NCBI GenBank assembly: GCA_002269645.1
Contig: NIVC01000475.1
Coordinates: 326,737-390,736 of the forward strand
Source of the DNA: Macrostomum lignano
Taxonomy: Eukaryota
Length of the DNA stretch: 64,000 bases
Direction: 5' to 3'
Below the pieces are notes generated by a model that saw only the letters and a program-made list of their open reading frames with translations, searched no databases and had not been told where the DNA came from. This document shows, one piece after another, positions 24,101 to 36,100 of the stretch (the first letter of the stretch is position 1; every line of letters begins with the position of its first letter). Made by a program: the position numbers and the translations under genes.

Positions 24101-27100
24101 GTTTGAGTCAGGTTTGAGTCAGGTTTGAGACAGGTTTGAGCCAAGTTTGAGACAGGTTTGAGTCAGGTTTGAGTCAGGTTTGAGACAGGTTTGAGCCAAG
24201 TTTGAGACAGGTTTGAGTCAGGTTTGAGTCAGGTTTGAGTCAGGTTTGAGTCAAGTTTGAGACAGGTTTGAGTCAAGGTTTGAGCCAGGTTTGAGCCAAG
24301 TTTGAGCCAGGTTTGAGCCAAGTTTGAGACACGTTTGAGCCATTTTTTTGCCAGATTTGAGCCAAGTTTGAGCCAAGTTTGAGCCAAGTTTGAGACACGT
24401 TTGAGCTAATTTTTTTGCCAGGTTTGAGCCAAGTTTGAGCCAAGTTTGAGTCAGGTTTGAGCCAAGTTTGAGACACGTTTGAGACAGGTTTGAGTCAGGT
24501 TTGAGTCAGGTTTGAGACAGGTTTGAGCCAAGTTTGAGACAGGTTTGAGTCAGGTTTGAGTCAGGTTTGAGCTAGGTTTGAGCCAAGTTTGAGCCAAGTT
24601 TGAGACACGTTTGAGCCAAGTTTGAGCCAGGTTTGAGCCAAGTTTGAGACACGTTTGAGTCAGGTTTGAGCCAAGTTGGAGACACGTTTGAGACAGGTTT
24701 GAGTCAGGTTTGAGTCAGGTTTGAGACAGGTTTGAGCCAAGTTTGAGACAGGTTTGAGTCAGGTTTGAGTCAGGTTTGAGTCAGGTTTGAGTCAAGTTTG
24801 AGACAGGTTTGAGTCAAGGTTTGAGCCAGGTTTGAGCCAAGTTTGAGCCAGGTTTGAGCCAAGTTTGAGACACGTTTGAGCCATTTTTTTGCCAGATTTG
24901 AGCCAAGTTTGAGCCAAGTTTAAGCCAAGTTTGAGACACGTTTGAGCCAATTTTTTTGCCAGGTTTGAGCCAAGTTTGAGCCAAGTTTGAGTCAGGTTTG
25001 AGACAGGTTTGAGCCAAGTTTGAGACAGGTTTGAGTCAGGTTTGAGTCAGGTTTGAGTCAGGTTTGAGACAGGTTTGAGCCAAGTTTGAGACAGGTTTGA
25101 GTCAGGTTTGAGCTAGGTTTGAGCCAAGTTTGAGCCAAGTTTGAGACACGTTTGAGCCAAGTTTGAGCCAGGTTTGAGCCAAGTTTGAGCCAAGTTTGAG
25201 CCAGGTTTGAGCCAAGTTTGAGACACGTTTGAGTCAGGTTTGAGTCAGGTTTGAGACATGTTTGAGTCAGGTTTGAGTCAGGTTTGAGACAGGTTTGAGC
25301 CAAGTTTGAGACAGGTTTGAGTCAGGTTTGAGCCAGATTTGAGCCAAGTTTGAGCCAAGTTTAAGCCAAGTTTGAGACACGTTTGAGCCAATTTTTTTGC
25401 CAGGTTTGAGCCAAGTTTGAGCCAAGTTTGAGTCAGGTTTGAGACAGGTTTGAGCCAAGTTTGAGACAGGTTTGAGTCAGGTTTGAGTCAGGTTTGAGTC
25501 AGGTTTGAGACAGGTTTGAGCCAAGTTTGAGACAGGTTTGAGTCAGGTTTGAGCTAGGTTTGAGCCAAGTTTGAGCCAAGTTTGAGACACGTTTGAGCCA
25601 AGTTTGAGCCAGGTTTGAGCTAAGTTTGAGCCAAGTTTGAGCCAGGTTTGAGCCAAGTTTGAGACACGTTTGAGTCAGGTTTGAGTCAGGTTTGAGACAT
25701 GTTTGAGTCAGGTTTGAGTCAGGTTTGAGACAGGTTTGAGCCAAGTTTGAGACAGGTTTGAGTCAGGTTTGAGCCAGCTTTGAGCCAAGTTTGAGACAAG
25801 TTTAAGCCAGGTTTGAGACAAGTTTGAGGCAAGTTTGAGACAGGTTTGAGACAGATTTAGGACAGGTTTGAGAGAAGTTTGAGACAAGTTTAAGCCAGGT
25901 TTGAGACAAGTTTGAGGCAAGTTTGAGACAGGTTTGAGACAGGTTTGAGTCAGGTTTGAGACAGGTTTGAGTCAGGTTTAGGACAGGTTTGAGTCAGGTT
26001 TGAGACAGGTTTGAGCCAAGTTTGAGACAGGTTTGAGTCAGGTTTGAGTCAGGTTTGAGTCAGGTTTGAGACAGGTTTGAGCCAAGTTTGAGACAGGTTT
26101 GAGTCAGGTTTGAGCTAGGTTTAGGACAGGTTTGAGCCAAGTTTGAGACAGGTTTGAGTCAGGTTTGAGTCAGGTTTGAGACAGGTTTGAGTCAGGTTTG
26201 AGCTAGGTTTGAGCCAAGTTTGAGCCAAGTTTGAGACACGTTTGAGCCAAGTTTGAGCCAGGTTTGAGCCAAGTTTGAGCCAAGTTTGTGCCAGGTTTGA
26301 GCCAAGTTTGAGACACGTTTGAGTCAGGTTTGAGTCAGGTTTGAGACAGGTTTGAGTCAGGTTTGAGTCAGGTTTGAGACAGGTTTGAGCCAAGTTTGAG
26401 ACAGGTTTGAGTCAGGTTTGAGCTAGGTTTGAGCCAAGTTTGAGCCAAGTTTGAGACACGTTTGAGCCAAGTTTGAGCCAGGTTTGAGCCAAGTTTGAGC
26501 CAAGTTTGAGCCAGGTTTGAGCCAAGTTTGAGACACGTTTGAGTCAGGTTTGAGTCAGGTTTGAGACATGTTTGAGTCAGGTTTGAGTCAGGTTTGAGAC
26601 AGGTTTGAGCCAAGTTTGAGACAGGTTTGAGTCAGGTTTGAGCCAGATTTGAGCCAAGTTTGAGCCAAGTTTAAGCCAAGTTTGAGACACGTTTGAGCCA
26701 ATTTTTTTGCCAGGTTTGAGCCAAGTTTGAGCCAAGTTTGAGTCAGGTTTGAGACAGGTTTGAGCCAAGTTTGAGACAGGTTTGAGTCAGGTTTGAGTCA
26801 GGTTTGAGTCAGGTTTGAGACAGGTTTGAGCCAAGTTTGAGACAGGTTTGAGTCAGGTTTGAGCTAGGTTTGAGCCAAGTTTGAGCCAAGTTTGAGACAC
26901 GTTTGAGCCAAGTTTGAGCCAGGTTTGAGCTAAGTTTGAGCCAAGTTTGAGCCAGGTTTGAGCCAAGTTTGAGACACGTTTGAGTCAGGTTTGAGTCAGG
27001 TTTGAGACATGTTTGAGTCAGGTTTGAGTCAGGTTTGAGACAGGTTTGAGCCAAGTTTGAGACAGGTTTGAGTCAGGTTTGAGCCAGCTTTGAGCCAAGT

Positions 27101-30100
27101 TTGAGACAAGTTTAAGCCAGGTTTGAGACAAGTTTGAGGCAAGTTTGAGACAGGTTTGAGACAGATTTAGGACAGGTTTGAGAGAAGTTTGAGACAAGTT
27201 TAAGCCAGGTTTGAGACAAGTTTGAGGCAAGTTTGAGACAGGTTTGAGACAGGTTTGAGTCAGGTTTGAGACAGGTTTGAGTCAGGTTTAGGACAGGTTT
27301 GAGTCAGGTTTGAGACAGGTTTGAGCCAAGTTTGAGACAGGTTTGAGACACGTTTGAGTCAGGTTTGAGTCAGGTTTGAGACAGGTTTGAGCCAAGTTTG
27401 AGACAGGTTTGAGTCAGGTTTGAGCTAGGTTTAGGACAGGTTTGAGCCAAGTTTGAGACAGGTTTGAGTCAGGTTTGAGTCAGGTTTGAGACAGGTTTGA
27501 GTCAGGTTTGAGCTAGGTTTGAGCCAAGTTTGAGCCAAGTTTGAGACACGTTTGAGCCAAGTTTGAGCCAGGTTTGAGCCAAGTTTGAGCCAAGTTTGTG
27601 CCAGGTTTGAGCCAAGTTTGAGACACGTTTGAGTCAGGTTTGAGTCAGGTTTGAGACAGGTTTGAGTCAGGTTTGAGTCAGGTTTGAGACAGGTTTGAGC
27701 CAAGTTTGAGACAGGTTTGAGTCAGGTTTGAGTCAGGTTTGAGTCAGGTTTGAGCCAAGTTTGAGTCAGGTTTGAGCCAGGTTTGAGCCAAATTTGAGCC
27801 AAGTTTGAGCCAAGTTTGAGACAGGTTTGAGTCAGGTTTGAGCCAGGTTTGAGTCAGGTTTAGGACACGTTTGAGTCAGGTTTGAGTCAGATTTAGGACA
27901 GTTTGAGACAAGTTTGATACAAGTTTAAGCCAGGTTTGAGACAAGTTTGAGGCAAGTTTGAGACAGGTTTGAGACAGGTTTGAGTCAGGTTTAGGACAGG
28001 TTTGAGTCAGGTTTGAGTCAGGTTTGAGACAGGTTTGAGCCAAGTTTGAGACAGGTTTGAGACACGTTTGAGCCAAGTTTGAGCCAGGTTTGAGCCAAGT
28101 TTGAGCCAAGTTTGAGCCAGGTTTGAGCCAAGTTTGAGACACGTTTGAGTCAGGTTTGAGTCAGGTTTGAGTCAGGTTTGAGCCAGGTTTGAGCCAAGTT
28201 TGAGCCAAGTTTGAGACACGTTTGAGCCAATTTTTTTGCCAGGTTTGAGCCAAATTTGAGCCAGGTTTGAGCCAAGTTTGAGACAGGTTTGAGTCAGGTT
28301 TGAGCCAGGTTTGAGTCAGGTTTAGGACACGTTTGAGTCAGGTTTGAGTCAGATTTAGGACAGGTTTGAGACAAGTTTGAGACAAGTTTAAGCCAGGTTT
28401 GAGACAAGTTTGAGGCAAGTTTGAGTCAGGTTTGAGACAGGTTTGAGCCAAGTTTGAGACAGGTTTGAGTCAGGTTTGAGTCAGGTTTGAGTCAGGTTTG
28501 AGACAGGTTTGAGCCAAGTTTGAGACAGGTTTGAGTCAGGTTTGAGCTAGGTTTGAGCCAAGTTTGAGCCAAGTTTGAGACACGTTTGAGCCAAGTTTGA
28601 GCCAGGTTTGAGCCAAGTTTGAGACACGTTTGAGTCAGGTTTGAGCCAAGTTTGAGACACGTTTGAGACAGGTTTGAGTCAGGTTTGAGTCAGGTTTGAG
28701 ACAGGTTTGAGCCAAGTTTGAGACAGGTTTGAGTCAGGTTTGAGTCAGGTTTGAGTCAGGTTTGAGTCAAGTTTGAGACAGGTTTGAGTCAAGGTTTGAG
28801 CCAGGTTTGAGCCAAGTTTGAGCCAGGTTTGAGCCAAGTTTGAGACACGTTTGAGCCATTTTTTGCCAGATTTGAGCCAAGTTTGAGCCAAGTTTAAGCC
28901 AAGTTTGAGACACGTTTGAGCCAATTTTTTTGCCAGGTTTGAGCCAAGTTTGAGCCAAGTTTGAGTCAGGTTTGAGACAGGTTTGAGCCAAGTTTGAGAC
29001 AGGTTTGAGTCAGGTTTGAGTCAGGTTTGAGTCAGGTTTGAGACAGGTTTGAGCCAAGTTTGAGACAGGTTTGAGTCAGGTTTGAGCTAGGTTTGAGCCA
29101 AGTTTGAGCCAAGTTTGAGACACGTTTGAGCCAAGTTTGAGCCAGGTTTGAGTCAGGTTTGAGTCAGGTTTGAGACAGGTTTGAGCCAAGTTTGAGACAG
29201 GTTTGAGTCAGGTTTGAGCTAGGTTTAGGACAGGTTTGAGCCAAGTTTGAGACAGGTTTGAGTCAGGTTTGAGTCAGGTTTGAGACAGGTTTGAGTCAGG
29301 TTTGAGTCAGATTTAGGACAGGTTTGAGACAAGTTTGAGACAAGTTTAAGCCAGGTTTGAGACAAGTTTGAGGCAAGTTTGAGACAGGTTTGAGACAGGT
29401 TTGAGTCAGGTTTGAGACAGGTTTGAGTCAGGTTTAGGACAGGTTTGAGTCAGGTTTGAGACAGGTTTGAGACAGGTTTGAGTCAGGTTTGAGACAGGTT
29501 TGAGTCAGGTTTAGGACAGGTTTGAGTCAGGTTTGAGACAGGTTTGAGCCAAGTTTGAGACAGGTTTGAGTCAGGTTTGAGTCAGGTTTGAGTCAGGTTT
29601 GAGACAGGTTTGAGCCAAGTTTGAGACAGGTTTGAGTCAGGTTTGAGCTAGGTTTAGGACAGGTTTGAGCCAAGTTTGAGACAGGTTTGAGTCAGGTTTG
29701 AGTCAGGTTTGAGACAGGTTTGAGTCAGGTTTGAGCTAGGTTTGAGCCAAGTTTGAGCCAAGTTTGAGACATGTTTGAGCCAAGTTTGAGCCAGGTTTGA
29801 GCCAAGTTTGAGCCAAGTTTGTGCCAGGTTTGAGCCAAGTTTGAGACACGTTTGAGTCAGGTTTGAGTCAGGTTTGAGACAGTTTTGAGTCAGGTTTGAG
29901 TCAGGTTTGAGACAGGTTTGAGCCAAGTTTGAGACAGGTTTGAGTCAGGTTTCAGTCAGGTTTGAGTCAGGTTTGAGCCAAGTTTGAGTCAGGTTTGAGC
30001 CAGGTTTGAGCCAAATTTGAGCCAAGTTTGAGCCAAGTTTGAGACAGGTTTGAGTCAGGTTTGAGCCAGGTTTGAGTCAGGTTTAGGACACGTTTGAGTC

Positions 30101-33100
30101 AGGTTTGAGTCAGATTTAGGACAGTTTGAGACAAGTTTGATACAAGTTTAAGCCAGGTTTGAGACAAGTTTGAGGCAAGTTTGAGACAGGTTTGAGACAG
30201 GTTTGAGTCAGGTTTGAGACAGGTTTGAGTCAGGTTTAGGACAGGTTTGAGTCAGGTTTGAGTCAGGTTTGAGACAGGTTTGAGCCAAGTTTGAGACAGG
30301 TTTGAGACACGTTTGAGCCAAGTTTGAGCCAGGTTTGAGCCAAGTTTGAGCCAAGTTTGAGCCAGGTTTGAGCCAAGTTTGAGCCAAGTTTGAGTCAGGT
30401 TTGAGACAGGTTTGAGCCAAGTTTGAGACAGGTTTGAGTCAGGTTTGAGTCAGGTTTGAGTCAGGTTTGAGACAGGTTTGAGCCAAGTTTGAGACAGGTT
30501 TGAGTCAGGTTTGAGCTAGGTTTGAGCCAAATTTGAGCCAAGTTTGAGACACGTTTGAGCCAAGTTTGAGCCAGGTTTGAGCCAAGTTTGAGACACGTTT
30601 GAGCCAGGTTTGAGCCAAGTTTGAGACACGTTTGAGTCAGGTTTGAGTCAGGTTTGAGTCAGGTTTGAGCCAGGTTTGAGCCAAGTTTGAGCCAAGTTTG
30701 AGACACGTTTGAGCCAATTTTTTTGCCAGGTTTGAGCCAAATTTGAGCCAAGTTTGAGCCAAGTTTGAGACAGGTTTGAGTCAGGTTTGAGCCAGGTTTG
30801 AGTCAGGTTTAGGACACGTTTGAGTCAGGTTTGAGTCAGATTTAGGACAGGTTTGAGACAAGTTTGAGACAAGTTTAAGCCAGGTTTGAGACAAGTTTGA
30901 GGCAAGTTTGAGACAGGTTTGAGACAGGTTTGAGTCAGGTTTGAGACAGGTTTGAGTCAGGTTTAGGACAGGTTTGAGTCAGGTTTGAGACAGGTTTGAG
31001 CCAAGTTTGAGACAGGTTTGAGTCAGGTTTAGGACAGGTTTGAGTCAGGTTTGAGTCAGGTTTGAGACAGGTTTGAGCCAAGTTTGAGACAGGTTTGAGT
31101 CAGGTTTGAGCTAGGTTTAGGACAGGTTTGAGCCAAGTTTGAGACAGGTTTGAGTCAGGTTTGAGTCAGGTTTGAGTCAGGTTTGAGACAGGTTTGAGCC
31201 AAGTTTGAGACAGGTTTGAGTCAGGTTTGAGCTAGGTTTGAGCCAAGTTTGAGCCAAGTTTGAGACACGTTTGAGCCAAGTTTGAGCCAGGTTTGAGACA
31301 GGTTTGAGTCAGGTTTGAGTCAGGTTTGAGACAGGTTTGAGCCAAGTTTGAGACAGGTTTGAGTCAGGTTTGAGCCAGGTTTGAGCCAAGTTTGAGCCAA
31401 GTTTGAGACACGTTTGAGCCAATTTTTTTGCCAGGTTTGAGCCAAATTTGAGCCAAGTTTGAGCCAAGTTTGAGACAGGTTTGAGTCAGGTTTGAGCCAG
31501 GTTTGAGTCAGGTTTAGGACACGTTTGAGTCAGGTTTGAGTCAGATTTAGGACAGGTTTGAGACAAGTTTGAGACAAGTTTAAGCCAGGTTTGAGACAAG
31601 TTTGAGGCAAGTTTGAGACAGGTTTGAGACAGGTTTGAGTCAGGTTTGAGACAGGTTTGAGTCAGGTTTAGGACAGGTTTGAGTCAGGTTTGAGTCAGGT
31701 TTGAGACAGGTTTGAGCCAAGTTTGAGACAGGTTTGAGACACGTTTGAGCCAAGTTTGAGCCAGGTTTGAGCCAAGTTTGAGCCAAGTTTGAGACAGGTT
31801 TGAGCCAAGTTTGAGCCAAGTTTGAGTCAGGTTTGAGACAGGTTTGAGCCAAGTTTGAGACAGGTTTGAGTCAGGTTTGAGTCAGGTTTGAGTCAGGTTT
31901 GAGACAGGTTTGAGCCAAGTTTGAGACAGGTTTGAGACAGGTTTGAGCTAGGTTTGAGCCAAGTTTGAGCCAAGTTTGAGACACGTTTGAGCCAAGTTTG
32001 AGCCAGGTTTGAGCCAAGTTTGAGCCAAGTTTGAGCCAGGTTTGAGCCAAGTTTGAGACACATTTGAGTCAGGTTTGAGTCAGGTTTGAGACAGGTTTGA
32101 GTCAGGTTTGAGTCAGGTTTGAGACAGGTTTGAGCCAAGTTTGAGACAGGTTTGAGTCAGGTTTGAGCCAGGTTTGAGCCAAGTTTGAGCCAAGTTTGAG
32201 ACACGTTTGAGCCAATTTTTTTGCCAGGTTTGAGCCAAATTTGAGCCAAGTTTGAGCCAAGTTTGAGACAGGTTTGAGTCAGGTTTGAGCCAGGTTTGAG
32301 TCAGGTTTAGGACACGTTTGAGTCAGGTTTGAGTCAGATTTAGGACAGTTTGAGACAAGTTTGATACAAGTTTAAGCCAGGTTTGAGACAAGTTTGAGGC
32401 AAGTTTGAGACAGGTTTGAGACAGGTTTGAGTCAGGTTTGAGACAGGTTTGAGTCAGGTTTAGGACAGGTTTGAGTCAGGTTTGAGTCAGGTTTGAGACA
32501 GGTTTGAGCCAAGTTTGAGACAGGTTTGAGACACGTTTGAGCCAAGTTTGAGCCAGGTTTGAGCCAAGTTTGAGCCAAGTTTGAGCCAGGTTTGAGCCAA
32601 GTTTGAGCCAAGTTTGAGTCAGGTTTGAGACAGGTTTGAGCCAAGTTTGAGACAGGTTTGAGTCAGGTTTGAGTCAGGTTTGAGTCAGGTTTGAGACAGG
32701 TTTGAGCCAAGTTTGAGACAGGTTTGAGTCAGGTTTGAGCTAGGTTTGAGCCAAATTTGAGCCAAGTTTGAGACACGTTTGAGCCAAGTTTGAGCCAGGT
32801 TTGAGCCAAGTTTGAGACACGTTTGAGCCAGGTTTGAGCCAAGTTTGAGACACGTTTGAGTCAGGTTTGAGTCAGGTTTGAGTCAGGTTTGAGCCAGGTT
32901 TGAGCCAAGTTTGAGCCAAGTTTGAGACACGTTTGAGCCAATTTTTTTGCCAGGTTTGAGCCAAATTTGAGCCAAGTTTGAGCCAAGTTTGAGACAGGTT
33001 TGAGTCAGGTTTGAGCCAGGTTTGAGTCAGGTTTAGGACACGTTTGAGTCAGGTTTGAGTCAGATTTAGGACAGGTTTGAGACAAGTTTGAGACAAGTTT

Positions 33101-36100
33101 AAGCCAGGTTTGAGACAAGTTTGAGGCAAGTTTGAGACAGGTTTGAGACAGGTTTGAGTCAGGTTTGAGACAGGTTTGAGTCAGGTTTAGGACAGGTTTG
33201 AGTCAGGTTTGAGACAGGTTTGAGCCAAGTTTGAGACAGGTTTGAGTCAGGTTTAGGACAGGTTTGAGTCAGGTTTGAGTCAGGTTTGAGACAGGTTTGA
33301 GCCAAGTTTGAGACAGGTTTGAGTCAGGTTTGAGCTAGGTTTAGGACAGGTTTGAGCCAAGTTTGAGACAGGTTTGAGTCAGGTTTGAGTCAGGTTTGAG
33401 TCAGGTTTGAGACAGGTTTGAGCCAAGTTTGAGACAGGTTTGAGTCAGGTTTGAGCTAGGTTTGAGCCAAGTTTGAGCCAAGTTTGAGACACGTTTGAGC
33501 CAAGTTTGAGCCAGGTTTGAGACAGGTTTGAGTCAGGTTTGAGTCAGGTTTGAGACAGGTTTGAGCCAAGTTTGAGACAGGTTTGAGTCAGGTTTGAGCC
33601 AGGTTTGAGCCAAGTTTGAGCCAAGTTTGAGACACGTTTGAGCCAATTTTTTTGCCAGGTTTGAGCCAAATTTGAGCCAAGTTTGAGCCAAGTTTGAGAC
33701 AGGTTTGAGTCAGGTTTGAGCCAGGTTTGAGTCAGGTTTAGGACACGTTTGAGTCAGGTTTGAGTCAGATTTAGGACAGGTTTGAGACAAGTTTGAGACA
33801 AGTTTAAGCCAGGTTTGAGACAAGTTTGAGGCAAGTTTGAGACAGGTTTGAGACAGGTTTGAGTCAGGTTTGAGACAGGTTTGAGTCAGGTTTAGGACAG
33901 GTTTGAGTCAGGTTTGAGTCAGGTTTGAGACAGGTTTGAGCCAAGTTTGAGACAGGTTTGAGACACGTTTGAGCCAAGTTTGAGCCAGGTTTGAGCCAAG
34001 TTTGAGCCAAGTTTGAGACAGGTTTGAGCCAAGTTTGAGCCAAGTTTGAGTCAGGTTTGAGACAGGTTTGAGCCAAGTTTGAGACAGGTTTGAGTCAGGT
34101 TTGAGTCAGGTTTGAGTCAGGTTTGAGACAGGTTTGAGCCAAGTTTGAGACAGGTTTGAGACAGGTTTGAGCTAGGTTTGAGCCAAGTTTGAGCCAAGTT
34201 TGAGACACGTTTGAGCCAAGTTTGAGCCAGGTTTGAGCCAAGTTTGAGCCAAGTTTGAGCCAGGTTTGAGCCAAGTTTGAGACACATTTGAGTCAGGTTT
34301 GAGTCAGGTTTGAGACAGGTTTGAGTCAGGTTTGAGTCAGGTTTGAGACAGGTTTGAGCCAAGTTTGAGACAGGTTTGAGTCAGGTTTGAGCCAGGTTTG
34401 AGCCAAGTTTGAGCCAAGTTTGAGACACGTTTGAGCCAATTTTTTTGCCAGGTTTGAGCCAAATTTGAGCCAAGTTTGAGCCAAGTTTGAGACAGGTTTG
34501 AGACAGGTTTGAGTCAGGTTTAAGACAGGTTTGAGTCAGGTTTAGGACAGGTTTGAGTCAGGTTTGAGACAGGTTTGAGCCAAGTTTGAGACAGGTTTGA
34601 GTCAGGTTTAGGACACGTTTGAGTCAGGTTTGAGTCAGATTTAGGACAGGTTTGAGACAAGTTTGAGACAAGTTTAAGCCAGGTTTGAGACAAGTTTGAG
34701 GCAAGTTTGAGACAGGTTTGAGACAGGTTTGAGTCAGGTTTGAGACAGGTTTGAGTCAGGTTTAGGACAGGTTTGAGTCAGGTTTGAGACAGGTTTGAGC
34801 CAAGTTTGAGACAGGTTTGAGTCAGGTTTAGGACAGGTTTGAGTCAGGTTTGAGTCAGGTTTGAGACAGGTTTGAGCCAAGTTTGAGACAGGTTTGAGTC
34901 AGGTTTGAGCTAGGTTTAGGACAGGTTTGAGCCAAGTTTGAGACAGGTTTGAGTCAGGTTTGAGTCAGGTTTGAGACAGGTTTGAGCCAAGTTTGAGACA
35001 GGTTTGAGTCAGGTTTGAGTCAGGTTTGAGTCAGGTTTGAGACAGGTTTGAGCCAAGTTTGAGACAGGTTTGAGTCAGGTTTGAGCTAGGTTTGAGCCAA
35101 GTTTGAGCCAAGTTTGAGACACGTTTGAGCCAAGTTTGAGCCAGGTTTGAGACAGGTTTGAGTCAGGTTTGAGTCAGGTTTGAGACAGGTTTGAGCCAAG
35201 TTTGAGACAGGTTTGAGTCAGGTTTGAGCCAGGTTTGAGCCAAGTTTGAGCCAAGTTTGAGACACGTTTGAGCCAATTTTTTTGCCAGGTTTGAGCCAAA
35301 TTTGAGCCAAGTTTGAGCCAAGTTTGAGACAGGTTTGAGTCAGGTTTGAGCCAGGTTTGAGTCAGGTTTAGGACACGTTTGAGTCAGGTTTGAGTCAGAT
35401 TTAGGACAGGTTTGAGACAAGTTTGAGACAAGTTTAAGCCAGGTTTGAGACAAGTTTGAGGCAAGTTTGAGACAGGTTTGAGACAGGTTTGAGTCAGGTT
35501 TGAGACAGGTTTGAGTCAGGTTTAGGACAGGTTTGAGTCAGGTTTGAGTCAGGTTTGAGACAGGTTTGAGCCAAGTTTGAGACAGGTTTGAGACACGTTT
35601 GAGCCAAGTTTGAGCCAGGTTTGAGCCAAGTTTGAGCCAAGTTTGAGACAGGTTTGAGCCAAGTTTGAGCCAAGTTTGAGTCAGGTTTGAGACAGGTTTG
35701 AGCCAAGTTTGAGACAGGTTTGAGTCAGGTTTGAGTCAGGTTTGAGTCAGGTTTGAGACAGGTTTGAGCCAAGTTTGAGACAGGTTTGAGACAGGTTTGA
35801 GCTAGGTTTGAGCCAAGTTTGAGCCAAGTTTGAGACACGTTTGAGCCAAGTTTGAGCCAGGTTTGAGCCAAGTTTGAGCCAAGTTTGAGCCAGGTTTGAG
35901 CCAAGTTTGAGACACATTTGAGTCAGGTTTGAGTCAGGTTTGAGACAGGTTTGAGTCAGGTTTGAGTCAGGTTTGAGACAGGTTTGAGCCAAGTTTGAGA
36001 CAGGTTTGAGTCAGGTTTGAGCCAGGTTTGAGCCAAGTTTGAGCCAAGTTTGAGACACGTTTGAGCCAATTTTTTTGCCAGGTTTGAGCCAAATTTGAGC